A stretch of DNA of 64,000 nucleotides. It comes from Planctomycetota bacterium. GTDB taxonomy: Bacteria > Planctomycetota > PLA2 > JAEUHO01. Under the pieces are notes generated by a model. The model worked only from the letters and a program-made list of their open reading frames with translations. It was not told the DNA's origin and did not search any database. Numbering within the stretch: the stretch's first letter is position 1; each line of letters starts with the position of its first letter. The stretch covers positions 1 to 64,000 of the forward strand of contig JBFWRP010000004.1 in assembly GCA_050248855.1 (NCBI GenBank), given 5' to 3'. Position numbers and translations under genes: made by a program. Of the stretch, positions 49,801 to 59,900 are shown in pieces.

Positions 49801-51218
49801 CCCTGGCCGAGCTCGTCCAGCTGGAGGCCCAGCGCGGGGCGCTTGGCGCGGCCCGCGCCGCACGGGCCACGCTCCGTCGGCTGTACGCCGACGTGGGCTT
49901 CGATGTCGACGGGCGGCGTGTCACGGGCGCCAGCTGGGCCTTCGAGGTCCCACGCCCCGCCGTGCCCCTCGTCCCCGAGCCCGCCCTGGCCTCCCCCTTG
50001 CGCGAAGTGCACCACGAGCGGGCCGCCGACGAGAGCTGGCTGCAGGCGGTGGACACGGTCGTCGACGAGGCGTGGCCGCGCGGCTCGCTCGCCTTGGTGC
50101 ACCGCGGCGACGCCCTGGTGGCCCTGGACCTGGCGCAGGGGACGAGGGCCTTCACGGTGGAGGCCAGCGGCGTCACCCGCGCGGCCCTCACGCCCGGACG
50201 GGTGATCGTGCTCGCCGACCGCGGCGAGACGCTGCTGGCGCTGGATGCGGCGACCGGCGCGACGGCCTGGGAGCACGATCTCGGGCTGGCCACGCGCCAT
50301 GTCGCCGTCCACGGCGGCGTGCTGGTGACGGCGCACCGGGACCTCAATCGCGACGACGGGATGCTGCGCCTCCGGGCCTTCGACGCCATGACGGGCAGCC
50401 CGCTGTGGAGCACGTTGCTCGGACGCGCGGACCCGGGTCCCCTCGTGGCCGACGCGGACCACGTCTGGTTGCGGCGCACGCGGTACGCCACCACCGCGAC
50501 GTACCAGGACGCCGTGGTGCTGGACATCGCCGACGGGCGCGTCCTGCACGAGCTGCCCCTGCCCGCGTTTCCTCTGGGCGAGCCCTGGTCCGACGGCACC
50601 TACCTCGTGGCCGCAGGCAGCCAGGCGCGCACCGAACCGCCCCAGCTGCTGGCCTACGACCTGGACGCCGGCACGTCGGCGTGGCGTCTGGACCTGCCCG
50701 GCGAGGCCCCGACGGCGCTGGCGACGTCGCCGGAAGGACGCCTCGTCGTGCTCACGGGCGAGGGCCGGGTACGCGAGCTGGAACCGGCCAGCGGGCGCGT
50801 CGTCCACGAGACCGGCATCTTCGTGGGCGAGAACACGGCCGTCCGACCCTTCTACGGCACGTCGCTGCTGGTCCAGCAGGACCGCCTCGTCTTGCTGCCC
50901 GGGCTGCGCTCCCGCGGCGCGACGCTGCTCGCCTACGACCGCCACACCGGCAAGCTGCTGTGGGAGCACCCGCTGACGCCCGAGGGGTTCGTCGGGACCG
51001 CGGCCCTGGGTGCGACGGGCGAGCAGGTCTGGGCGTTCGTGCTGCGCGGAGCCCGCCAAGACGTCACGGCCGAGCTCGTGGTCGTCGATCCGGACGGGAC
51101 GGTTGCACAACGCGTCGAGCTCTCCGAGCTGGCCCAAGGAGGACGCCACCCGACCGTCCTCCAGGTCCACGGCGCCTTCCTCGTGGTCGGCCGCCGCGAC
51201 GCGAGCATCCTGCGGTAG
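46836..51218 (+). CDS. Large exported protein: helical / PQQ-type beta-propeller / TPR solenoid / beta-propeller
   Basis: GTGA-coupled start; signal peptide. Many ALDLxxG.xxW repeats in two blocks separated by TPR-like helices (~48950-49900). Confidence 0.85.
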   Translation: MTVSVRRLRRALALACTMLAAGLATSSYAAPSDEDPFEAAKMFQVPDTVAARNALQEADAAFARGETLAALKALQRVLDGMTDDYARVPEAARPEALLWRSAAEVAAERLARLTPEQAAAYDHLVQPAAEPAMDAALRAGDLQALEDIARRYGASRYGARATRVLAEMALEAGRGREAARLAAEGLRFARDDVGLWRVRLQGLSIADDRAALERLDLPESLGADRETLLGLRRAALARLQGLRSFSLPHGWGGDMSRRGGGPALPAAVPPVRWTAPLPRADRSLDPTAFSGGRPEPTPDHFEVLLETARAVVPVIDGRTAYVADGRSVRALDLSSGRPLWRYDHSKDARLMRIDREPDGRTALDRAFAPVVAGPLVVATVEVPHVFYTEHLSGMPLSTYLPRRRVVAIDRSSGEVAWMAGGEAEAPPWLREASVVAPVGVAEGVVVALVDEFLQMHNVSVVGFDLATGRVLWRCRLGYGARETNLFGNPLRELAGSAVAIADGHAYVSTGLGLVASVDVLAGRARWVASYTPLPIEPVITWYEAPLRRPRFGPSRVIVADDVIVVAPGDAEHVAAYERSTGRLRWRMPVADRLPRSTVAHLIGVTGEGADACVIVTAGHVSALDLATGEVRWVGFPDPRPSDVVGEGVIAGEEVLLPTRQGLQRFSIPREGSFRGSTQWPGSVEPGNLVVGDDVFLVAGRESVSGFYDWNRIAAQIERQRRERPDDPWLLVEAGDLYLRGGELGRAREMFQAAEDVAARTGGAAVEAARRGRVATWLHQGRLLEAGAREAEALQAYEEAARLAQQGADRIEARMRSLALLPRGERRWREHLEALVREDGDLEAWPDPDRAPVLLRPWARLELAEAAAARGETERAIDLWQLVVREDPEADVLGLVAGRAAQGRIEETLAASGRAPYAKHEEAARRLLADATTERDVDRVLAWFPNSLAREDALRRRAALRRKAGRLAEASEDLRTLGSTAREPTARAAALAELVQLEAQRGALGAARAARATLRRLYADVGFDVDGRRVTGASWAFEVPRPAVPLVPEPALASPLREVHHERAADESWLQAVDTVVDEAWPRGSLALVHRGDALVALDLAQGTRAFTVEASGVTRAALTPGRVIVLADRGETLLALDAATGATAWEHDLGLATRHVAVHGGVLVTAHRDLNRDDGMLRLRAFDAMTGSPLWSTLLGRADPGPLVADADHVWLRRTRYATTATYQDAVVLDIADGRVLHELPLPAFPLGEPWSDGTYLVAAGSQARTEPPQLLAYDLDAGTSAWRLDLPGEAPTALATSPEGRLVVLTGEGRVRELEPASGRVVHETGIFVGENTAVRPFYGTSLLVQQDRLVLLPGLRSRGATLLAYDRHTGKLLWEHPLTPEGFVGTAALGATGEQVWAFVLRGARQDVTAELVVVDPDGTVAQRVELSELAQGGRHPTVLQVHGAFLVVGRRDASILR

Positions 51219-51294
51219 GCGGCCCTTGGCGTCTTGGGCAGGGGACGCCACCACCGGCGGCCGGGCCCGCTGGAGGTGGTAGCCTGCCCCGGCC

Positions 51295-52557
51295 ATGTCG
51301 ACCTCGCCGCGCCGCTCCCTGACCGCTCGCCGTCGGACGGCAGGTCCGCGCGCCGTCGCCCTGCTCCTCGCGGCGCTCGTGGCGGCGGGCGCCCCCACGC
51401 CGCAGGCGGCGTGGGCCGATCGCGCGGTCGGCAGTGCTCCGGTTCCTGCCGGGATCGACCTGGTCGATGCCCGCACGCGCACGGCGATCGACCGCGGGAT
51501 GGAGTACCTGATCGCGCTCCAGCTGCCGGACGGCTCATGGCCCAGCGACTCGGGCAAGAAGGTCAACGACGGCTACGTGCTGTTCCCCCCCATCGACACG
51601 TCGCGCGCCGTCCCGCACGTCGGCGTGACGGCACTGGCCGTCCTGGCCCTGCTGTCCGGCGGCCATCTCCCCGGTCGTGGTCCCTTCGGGGCCAGCATGG
51701 AGCGCGGGATCGACTTCCTGCTCGAGAAGGTGCAGGACAACGGGTTCATCACGGCGAACGGCACGCGCATGTACAGCCACGCGCTCGCCGTGCTGGCCCT
51801 CGCCGAGACCTACGGCGCCACGCGCAACGACCGCATCCGCGGCAAGCTCGAGCGCGCGGCGGAGTTCACGGCGGGCTCGCAGAACCCCACGGGCGGCTGG
51901 CGCTACGTGCCGCTCTCCCCCGACTCCGACATGAGCGTCACCGTGTGCCAGGTCGTCGCCCTGCGCGCCGCGCAAAACGTCGGGATCCGCGTGCCGAGCC
52001 GGGTGATCCGCAGGGCGCTCCAGTACGTGATCGAGAGCGCCGTCGTGATCCGCGGTGAGCCGATCGGCTCGTTCTGGTACCAGCCCGACGACCCCGAGCG
52101 GTTCAACCGCGACAGCTTCGCCCTCTGCGCAGCGGCGCTCACGACCATCTTCCAGGCGGGCATCTACGACGACGAGGCGCTGCATGCCTATGCGGCGTCG
52201 CACGGCTTGGACCCGCTGCGGGTGCCCAGCCTGCGCCGCTCGATCAAGTACCTCAACGACCAGTACATCGACACGGCTCGCGACTGGCCCCGGCACTACT
52301 ACTTCTTCTACGGCAACTACTACGCGGCGCAGGCCCTCTACCAGATGGGCGGTCGGGAACCGCGCCTGTGGGCTGCGTGGTACGCGCGCGTCCGCGACGA
52401 CCTCTTGCGCCACCAGATCGTCAAGCGCCATCCGGAGACGGGACGCGACGTCGGATGGTGGGTCAGCAACGTCGACAGCACCAACGCCTACGCCACGGCC
52501 ACGGCGCTGCTGATCCTGCAGTTCCCGCTCGATCACCTGCCCATCCACCAGCGATGA
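51295..52557 (+). CDS. Secreted prenyltransferase/squalene-oxidase-repeat protein
   Basis: AIDRGMEYLIALQLPDGSW, GHLPGRGPFG, MYSHALAVLALAE, QNPTGGWRY..DSDMSVT, YFFYGNYYAAQA, YATATALLIL..LPIHQR. Confidence 0.88.
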   Translation: MSTSPRRSLTARRRTAGPRAVALLLAALVAAGAPTPQAAWADRAVGSAPVPAGIDLVDARTRTAIDRGMEYLIALQLPDGSWPSDSGKKVNDGYVLFPPIDTSRAVPHVGVTALAVLALLSGGHLPGRGPFGASMERGIDFLLEKVQDNGFITANGTRMYSHALAVLALAETYGATRNDRIRGKLERAAEFTAGSQNPTGGWRYVPLSPDSDMSVTVCQVVALRAAQNVGIRVPSRVIRRALQYVIESAVVIRGEPIGSFWYQPDDPERFNRDSFALCAAALTTIFQAGIYDDEALHAYAASHGLDPLRVPSLRRSIKYLNDQYIDTARDWPRHYYFFYGNYYAAQALYQMGGREPRLWAAWYARVRDDLLRHQIVKRHPETGRDVGWWVSNVDSTNAYATATALLILQFPLDHLPIHQR

Positions 52558-53180
52558 CCCCGAGCCCTGGCGAGCCCCCGGCGCAGCCTCCGGAGGGCGG
52601 GCAGGGGCGGCAGCTGATGGAGCGCGTGCGCGACGGCGACCGCGATGCGTTCGCCGAGCTGTACCGACTCGAAGCCCCTCGCCTCTTCGGCGTGCTCCTC
52701 CATCTGTGCGGGACGCGCCAGCGCGCCGAGGACGCGTTGCAGGAGGTGTTCCTGAAGGCCTGGCGCGCCGCCCCCCGCTGGCGCCCCGACGCGCCCGTGG
52801 GCGCGTGGCTGCTCGCCATCGCTCGCCGCGCCAGCTGGAACGCCAGCGCGTTCCGCCGCCGGCGCCGCGCGCTCCGTCGCACGGGCCTGGCCGTCGACGT
52901 GCACGCGGCGGACCCCGAGGCCAGCCCGGCGCCGGACGCGCTCGCCCGGGCCGACGACGTGGCGGAGGTCCGGGCCGCCTTGGCCAGGCTGTCGCCGCCC
53001 CTGCGCTTCGTCTTCGTGCTCGTGAGGCTCCACGGCAGCTCGCTCGCCGAGGCGGCCGATGCCGCCGGGATCCCCGTGGGCACGGTGAAAAGCCGCTTGG
53101 CGGCCGCCGAGGCCAAGCTCCGCACGTGGATCGCAAGCAGCGACCGAACCTCCCCGCGTCACCGTGGTTCTCGGGGGTAG
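52554..53180 (+). CDS. ECF (sigma70 group 4) sigma factor
   Basis: GDRDAFAELY, AEDALQEVFLKAW, AWLLAIAR, EAADAAGIPVGTVKSRL; ATGA-coupled. Confidence 0.92.
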   Translation: MTPSPGEPPAQPPEGGQGRQLMERVRDGDRDAFAELYRLEAPRLFGVLLHLCGTRQRAEDALQEVFLKAWRAAPRWRPDAPVGAWLLAIARRASWNASAFRRRRRALRRTGLAVDVHAADPEASPAPDALARADDVAEVRAALARLSPPLRFVFVLVRLHGSSLAEAADAAGIPVGTVKSRLAAAEAKLRTWIASSDRTSPRHRGSRG

Positions 53181-53214
53181 AGGGCGGCGCCTCCGCCCCG
53201 AGGACCCGGCACGC

Positions 53215-54462
53215 ATGTCCAGTGGCTCCGATCGCTCCGATCCCGGCGCAGGCACGACGCCGACGCGCGCGGACCTGGTGGCGTTGGCCCTGGGTGCACT
53301 CGGCGAGCCCGAGGCGGGAGCCGTCCGCGCGGCCGTCTCCGCCTCCCCGGACCTGGTAGCCGAGCTCGATGCGATCACCCGGCACCTGCGCCGCTACGAC
53401 GCCCTCCCGCCGGCTCCGCCGCCTCCTCCCGTCGACGGACTTCTCGCCGCCCTGGACGGCCCGCGCCGCGCCCGGGCGCCCCGCCGCGAGCCGGCCTCCT
53501 GGCCGCGTCTCGCCGCGGCCGCGCTGCTCCTGCTCGCCGTGGGCCTGGTGTCGTGGCAGGCCTGGGACACCTCTCCCACGTCGGGTCCTGGGCTCGAGGC
53601 CGCGTGGGCAGGGTCCTGGATCCCCGAGGGGGTGGGCGGTGTGGTGTCGGCCGGCACGGCGGTGAGCCAGGTCCACGTCAGCTGGCCCGGCGACCCGGGG
53701 CGGCGCGCGCGCCTCGTCGCGGCCTACGACACGGCGATCGAGCTGGGAGATGGCGGCCGCGTGACCCTCGAGCGCGGGCGCCTGTGGGTCGAATCGCCGG
53801 CCGGCCCCTCGGCCGTGCCGCTGGTGATCCACACGCCGGTCGGCGACGTGCGCGTCGTCGGCACGCGCTTCGAGGTGGACGTGGACGCGGCCCGGACGCT
53901 GCGTGTGCGGGTCGATCGGGGCGTCGTCGAGGTGCAGCCGTCCAGCGGTCCCGGCGCGCGCGTCGAGGCGGGTCACGCGTGGAGCGTCGCAGGTGTGGAG
54001 GCCGCCGAGGCGGGTCTTCCGACGTGGCATCCCCGCCCCGCGGTCCTCCTGCGCGCCGCGCGCTGGACCGCCGAGGGCGCGCTGGACGTGGACGCCGAGC
54101 TCCGCGGCGACGTCGGCGCCGACGTCGAGCTGCCGCACCTGGGCGCCGCGACGGGCGCGCCGGCGTGGATCGAGTGGATCGACGCCGACGGGGAAGTCGA
54201 TCGCAGCGTCCCCTTGGAGCCGGACCACGTGGTCGCCGAGGGCGTCCTCCGGAGCCATGCCACGAGCGCGTCTCCCGACGTGGTCGCCCGCTGGCTCGCC
54301 GGTGAGGCAGGCGAGCTTCCCGCCGGCGAGGTCCGGCGCTTCACGTTGCGGTTCGCGGGGCCCCTGCCGTCGGGCTCCGCGTACCGTCTGAGGGCCCTGT
54401 TCCGCCCGTCCGGCGCAGCCCCCTGGCTGACGCCGGCGATCGACGTGGAGGCCCCCCGATGA
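53215..54462 (+). CDS. Anti-sigma factor with TM and FecR-like domain
   Basis: N-terminal anti-sigma helices, one TM, LERGRLWVE..IHTPVGDVRVVGTRFEVDV..VDRGVVEV. Confidence 0.85.
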   Translation: MSSGSDRSDPGAGTTPTRADLVALALGALGEPEAGAVRAAVSASPDLVAELDAITRHLRRYDALPPAPPPPPVDGLLAALDGPRRARAPRREPASWPRLAAAALLLLAVGLVSWQAWDTSPTSGPGLEAAWAGSWIPEGVGGVVSAGTAVSQVHVSWPGDPGRRARLVAAYDTAIELGDGGRVTLERGRLWVESPAGPSAVPLVIHTPVGDVRVVGTRFEVDVDAARTLRVRVDRGVVEVQPSSGPGARVEAGHAWSVAGVEAAEAGLPTWHPRPAVLLRAARWTAEGALDVDAELRGDVGADVELPHLGAATGAPAWIEWIDADGEVDRSVPLEPDHVVAEGVLRSHATSASPDVVARWLAGEAGELPAGEVRRFTLRFAGPLPSGSAYRLRALFRPSGAAPWLTPAIDVEAPR

Positions 54463-56993
54463 GCGCCCGCCCCGCCCACCTCGACGCCGTCCGCTCGCGG
54501 CTGGCCGGTCTGGGCCGCGCGCTGCGCGGACGTCTGCTGGCGGCCGGCGTGGGCCGTTTGCTGGGCGTGGCCGGCCTCCTGCTGGTGGGCTTCTTCGCCG
54601 CGGACCGCCTGCTCGACTTGCCGCTCGGCGTGCGCCGCTTCGTCCGCCTGGGCCTGCTCCAGCGACCGGACGGCATGGGGGTCGCGGTGTGGCTCGTGGC
54701 CCTCGCCGTGTGCAGCCTCTTCGCCCTGGGCCTCACGCGGGGGCGCCGCGGGCCGGCGTCGGTCTTCGCGTTCCTCGCCGGGGGCGTGGTCGGCGTCGTG
54801 GCTTGGCTGGCTTGGCGCGTGTTCCAGCCGCTGGGCGTCAAGCTCGGCGCGGACGACCTCGCGCAGGCCGTCGAACGGCGTCACCCGGAGCTGCACGACC
54901 GACTGGCCTCGGCGCTCGACTTCGAGCGCGAGCTGACCACGCCTACGCGCGGCGAGAGCCCGACGCTCATGGCGCACGTCGTCGACGAGGCCGAGACCCA
55001 GGCGCGGAGCCTGGACCTGTCCGGCACGTTCTCCGCGCAACCGCTGCGCCGCGGGTTGCTGGTCGGGGCCGCGGGCCTCGGTGCGTTGGGGCTCTGCGCG
55101 CTGCTATGGCCGTCGGACATGGGTCTGTTCCTGCGTCGGTCGCTGGCGCTCGAGGCCGTCGCCTGGCCGCGCTCCACGACGCTGATCGCCGTCGATCGGG
55201 ACGCGGACGGAACCCTCCGCGAACACGACCCCGCGGTTCCCTACGAGGTGGCCGTCGGTCGTCCCCTCACGATCTACGCGCGGGCCCTCGGCAGCGTGCC
55301 GGACGACGTGCTCCTGCTCGACCGCACGGAGGGAGGCGAGCCCTTGGCGCGGCGCATGTTCCGCGTTCCCGAGAACGAGGATCTGTTCGCCTTCGAGATG
55401 CGCGACGTGCGCCGCGCGTTCGAGTTCGTGCTGCGCGGCGGGGATGACGAAGACGACGAGCCCGTCTGGCGCGTCGCGATCACCGTGGCGCCGCGGCTGC
55501 TCGACGTGCGGACGCGCGTCACGCCGCCCGCCTACCTCGGCAAGGCCCCCACCACGCTCGACGACGGCAATGTGCGCGTCCCCGAGGGGTCCACGCTCGA
55601 CATCACGTTCCGCACGGACACGCCCGCCGTGGAAGCCTACGCGCTCGTCGACGAGATCCGCATCGAGGCCACGCCGGTGGACGAGGTCGAGGGCGCCCCT
55701 GGCGGGACGGTGTTCCGCTTCCCGCTGCAGGCCGACACGTCCACGTCCTACCGGATCGCGTTCCGCACGGCCGAAGGGCGTCGCAACGACGCGTCCAGTG
55801 CGACCTGGCGGGTCACGGTGGTGCCCGACCGCGCGCCGCGCATGGGATGGATCTGGCCGCGTGGCGTCGTGGACACGACGGCGCGGGGCCGCGTCTCGCT
55901 CTTGGTCGAAGCCGAGGACGACCACGCGGTGGCCGAGATCGCGCTCGACGTGCGCGTGGGCGACGCCATCTTGGCGTCGGTCCCGCTCGAGCCCTACGCA
56001 CCGCGCGGCGCCGACGACGAGCAGCCGGCCATCGACCCCCTGGCGCTCGACGGCCGCCTCGGCCGCGACGTGGTCCGCGCCTACGTGCCCCTGGACCTGG
56101 CTCCGCTCATGGAGGGCATGGAGGGGCTCGGCAGCGAGGCCCCGCGCATCAGCGTGCGCTTCGTCGCCCGGGACGCGCGCGACCAGGTCCGCGAAGGCGA
56201 GTGGACTCCGATCGACGTGTTCGGGGAGGCCGCCGTCGAACGCAGCATCGCCGGCCGCCGCAGCAGCGTGCGAGCCGCGTTCCTCGGCGCGCGCCGCGAC
56301 CAGCTGGCCCGACGCGAGGAAGTCGCAGCCTTGCTGCAGGGCGCCATCGGCGCTTCCGAGAAGGACGAGCTGCGCAGCATCCGCTTCCGCCAAGGGCGGA
56401 TTGCCCAGGACATCGATCGCGCCACGCAGGACATGATTGCCGTCCTGACCACGTACGTATTTGCCCGTCTGGGCGGCGCCCAGCAGCCGATGGACAGGAT
56501 CCTGGCGCTGATCGACCAGCACCATCGCGCCACGTACGGCCGCGCGAGCGTGGTCGGCGAAGGCACGTGGGCCGGTGACCCGGTGTTCCCGTACGCGCTC
56601 ATGGAGCGCATCGTGGCCGGTTGGCGGGCTCGCGAGATCTTCGACAACGGCGTGCTCGACCGCATGCTCGCGGTGCTGGCCGATGCGGTGGAGCTCGCGG
56701 CCCGCGTGGCGCCTGCGGCGCATCGCGCATCCGGTGCCGCTGCCGAGGGAGAGCGCGCGGCGATCGAGACGCTGGCCGCGCGCCAAGACGAAGTCCTGGC
56801 CTTGCTCGAGCGGCTCGACCGCGCGCTGGTGGGCTGGCAGAGCCTGGCCGAGCTGACCGAGGAGGTCCGCTCCGCCGCCCAGGAGCAGGAGGCCTTCGTG
56901 CGCCTGCTCGAGGAAATGGAAGCAGCCCGTCGTGCTGCCGGTGCATCGGATGACGGTGCTTCCGGAGCCGCAGGGCCTGGAGACGACCGATGA
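54459..56993 (+). CDS. Membrane protein with Ig-like domains (DUF4175-like N-terminal part)
   Basis: TMs, AVERRHPELHDRLASALDF, WPRST, PPAYLG, VPEGS, PDRAPR, AEDDHAV. Confidence 0.75.
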   Translation: MSARPAHLDAVRSRLAGLGRALRGRLLAAGVGRLLGVAGLLLVGFFAADRLLDLPLGVRRFVRLGLLQRPDGMGVAVWLVALAVCSLFALGLTRGRRGPASVFAFLAGGVVGVVAWLAWRVFQPLGVKLGADDLAQAVERRHPELHDRLASALDFERELTTPTRGESPTLMAHVVDEAETQARSLDLSGTFSAQPLRRGLLVGAAGLGALGLCALLWPSDMGLFLRRSLALEAVAWPRSTTLIAVDRDADGTLREHDPAVPYEVAVGRPLTIYARALGSVPDDVLLLDRTEGGEPLARRMFRVPENEDLFAFEMRDVRRAFEFVLRGGDDEDDEPVWRVAITVAPRLLDVRTRVTPPAYLGKAPTTLDDGNVRVPEGSTLDITFRTDTPAVEAYALVDEIRIEATPVDEVEGAPGGTVFRFPLQADTSTSYRIAFRTAEGRRNDASSATWRVTVVPDRAPRMGWIWPRGVVDTTARGRVSLLVEAEDDHAVAEIALDVRVGDAILASVPLEPYAPRGADDEQPAIDPLALDGRLGRDVVRAYVPLDLAPLMEGMEGLGSEAPRISVRFVARDARDQVREGEWTPIDVFGEAAVERSIAGRRSSVRAAFLGARRDQLARREEVAALLQGAIGASEKDELRSIRFRQGRIAQDIDRATQDMIAVLTTYVFARLGGAQQPMDRILALIDQHHRATYGRASVVGEGTWAGDPVFPYALMERIVAGWRAREIFDNGVLDRMLAVLADAVELAARVAPAAHRASGAAAEGERAAIETLAARQDEVLALLERLDRALVGWQSLAELTEEVRSAAQEQEAFVRLLEEMEAARRAAGASDDGASGAAGPGDDR

Positions 56994-59900
56994 GCCGATC
57001 CCGCACCGAGCAGCGTGTGTCCAGCTTCCGCCGTGCGCTTCGGTGGGCCGGGTGCCTGCTGGTGCTCGCGCCCGTGCTCGTCGTCGTGCCGGGTGCCGCG
57101 CGCGCGGAGGACGAGCCGCAGGCCGAGCGCAGCCTACGGGACCTCGATCGTGCCATCGGCCAGCAGGAGGACGTGCAGGGGAAGATCCAGCAGCTCGAGC
57201 TGAACATGGGCGCCCTCGCCCAGGAGCTGCGCCGCACGGGCTTCGACTACGAGGCCCAGCTCGTCGAGCACGCCATCGAGCACGTGAGCGTCTCCGGCCT
57301 GCGTGGCGTCATGGGCACGGTGCTGGACCGCATGCGCAAGGACCTCGAGGCCGCGCAGGCCCGCGCGCGCGAGGCCGCTGCCGCAGGACGCAACGAGCCG
57401 CCCCGCTCCCTCGTCTCGCACGAGGCCATCGCCGGAGCCCGCAGCGTGTTGGAGCAGCTGCAACAGCTGCTCGCGATTCTCGAAGACCGCGACCGCACGC
57501 AGACGCGGGAGGAGATCGACCGGCGCCGGGAAGCCGCTCGCCAAGCCAAGGAAGACGCGGCGCGCTTGGCCCAGGAGCAGCAGCGCATCACGGAGCAGCT
57601 GCGCGACTTGGATGTCGCGAGCCAGAGCGAATCCGCGAAGTCGGCGGCCGAGCTGCAGCAGGCCGTGCGCGAGCTGCGTGACGAGCTGGCCAAGCTCGAC
57701 GCCGAGGCCGAGGCGGCGGCCGAGGACCGCGAGTCCCTCGAAGCGACGCTCGACACGCTGCGCGACGAGCAAGCGGCAGCCCTCGAGCGCACGCGCGCCG
57801 AGCGGGAAGCCCAAGCCGCTTCGACCGATCGCGAGCGGGCAGAGGCCCAAGCGCGCGCCGCGCAGGCCGCCAAGGAGCTCGCGGCCGCCGAGCGCGCCGC
57901 CGCGGAGGCCAGCCGCCGCGAGGCCCTGGCCCAGGAGCTGGGCCAGCAGGCCCGTGCCATGGCCGAACGTGCACGGGAGCTGGCAGCCGATGCGTCTGCA
58001 CGGGCCGCGGAGTCCGCCGCCGAGGAGCTGGGTCGCCGTGCCCAGGCCGCCGCGGAGAAGCTGCGTTCGGACTCCGCCGAGGAGCGCGCGACGGGCGCCG
58101 GAGAAGCGGCCGCTGTGGCCGAGGAGGCACGAGCGACCGCAGGGAGCCCCGAAGGGACCGATGCCCCGGGGTCGGCGGCACGGGAAGCCCTCGAGCGCTT
58201 GGCCGAGGCCGCGAAGCAGGCCGCGACGGCGGCGGGCGACGGAGACGCCGACGCCCGCGCGGAGGCCGCCGCGGCGCTCGAGCAAGCGGCCAAGGACAGC
58301 CGCGCCGCGGCCGCGACCAGCGCAGGCGAGCGCGGCGCGCAAGCACCGGGCGGCGAGCGCGCCAGCGACGCCCAGGAAGCGCGGGGCTTGAGCGCGGCGG
58401 CGCAGAGCGCCAAGAGTGCGCTCGACGCGATGAAGCAGGCCGCCTCCGGCGCCAGCGCCGGTTCCGACCACCTGCCGCAGGGCGCCGAGGAGGCCTCGGC
58501 CGCCTTCGACCGGGCCGCCGGTGCCCTGGGCGAGGCTGCCCGCGAGGCCGGGGCGGCCGAGGGCTCGGCAGGAGACCGCGCAACGGCCGACGCGGCAGCA
58601 CGTGCCGCAGGTGCACTCGCCGAGGCCGCGCAGTCCCTCGGGGCCAGTGCTGGCCAGGGCTCGCAGGGCAGTCAGGGTTCGCAGGGCAGCGAGGGCGCCC
58701 AGCCGCAGGGTGCCTCCGACGCGCAGCGCGCGGCCGAGGAGCGGGCGCGCGCCGAGCAGGCGTCCGCGCTGGCCGAGGACTTGGCCCAGCAGGCCGAAGC
58801 CGCCGCCGCGGAGGCAGGCGCGACCAGCGACGAGGGGCGGCGCGCCGAGCGGGCCGCCGCTGCAGCGCGCGAGGCCCGCGCCGGCATGGCCGCGGCCGCG
58901 GAGAAGCTCGCCGCGGGCGACGACGCGGGTGCCGCGCAGGACCAGACCGCCGCTGCGGAAGCGCTCGAAGCGGCCGCCGGGCAGTCGGGGGCCGCTGGCA
59001 GCCAGGGCGCCCTTGCCCGCGAGCAGCAGGACCTGGCGCGCTCGCTCGAGCAGCTGGCCGGCAGCTCGCCGCAGGGTGCGAGCGAGGCGGCCGAGGCCAT
59101 GCGCCAAGCCGCCGAACAGCTGGCCGACGGTGATCTGGCGGACGCCGAGGCGCGCCAGGCCGAGGCCCTCGAGCGCCTCGACCAGGCTCGCGAGGCGCTC
59201 CGCGAAGAGCGCCTTGCCCTCGAGCGGGAGCGCGCGGCCAAGGAGAAGGCTCTCGCCGAAGAGCAGCTGCGCTTGGCCAAGGAAGCCGAGGAGATCGCCG
59301 AACAGGCGCGCGACCTGCGGGCCCAGGAAGCGCAAGCCCAGTCCGGTGCCGAGGCTGCCGCGGCCGCCATGCAGCAGGCAGCGTCGGCGATGCAGGAGGC
59401 GTCGCGCCAACAGGCGGGCGGCCAGTCGTCGTCCGCAAGCTCCTCGCGCCAGACGGCCGACGCGGCCATGAAGCGCGCCGAAGAGGCTCTTGCACGGGCC
59501 GCCGAAGAGCGCCTGGACATGGACGAAGCCAGCCAGCAGGCCATGAAGGACCTGCTCGACGAGCAGCGGAAGCTGGAGGAGCAGCTCAAGGAGCTGCGTG
59601 ACCGCTTGGCCGAAGACGAGGCCTCCGAGGGGGCGCAGGACGCGGCAAGCAAGGCACAGTCCTCCATGCAGCGAACCCAGGACCAGATGCAGTCAGGGGG
59701 TTCGCCGCAGGGCGCCTCGGAGCAGTCGGAGGATGCCGAGCGCTACCTCGAACAGCTGCAGGACGAGCTGGAGGAGGAAGAGCGTCGCTACGAGTCGCTG
59801 CAGCAGCAGGAGCTGCTCTACCAGCTGGTTCGCGACCTCGAGCAGCTCAAGATCGACCAAGGCGCCATCCGCGCACGCACGCTGGAGCTGGCCGAAGACG

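Noticed and set aside
56985..56995. Frameshifted single DUF4175-like gene spanning 54459..60532
   Set aside because: Junction is a normal ATGA overlap with a GGAGA SD, and the second ORF has its own signal peptide.
58650..58715. Short tandem repeat (cagggc..) as CRISPR or VNTR
   Set aside because: It encodes a QGS linker in the coiled-coil protein with synonymous variation; no spacers and no cas genes.
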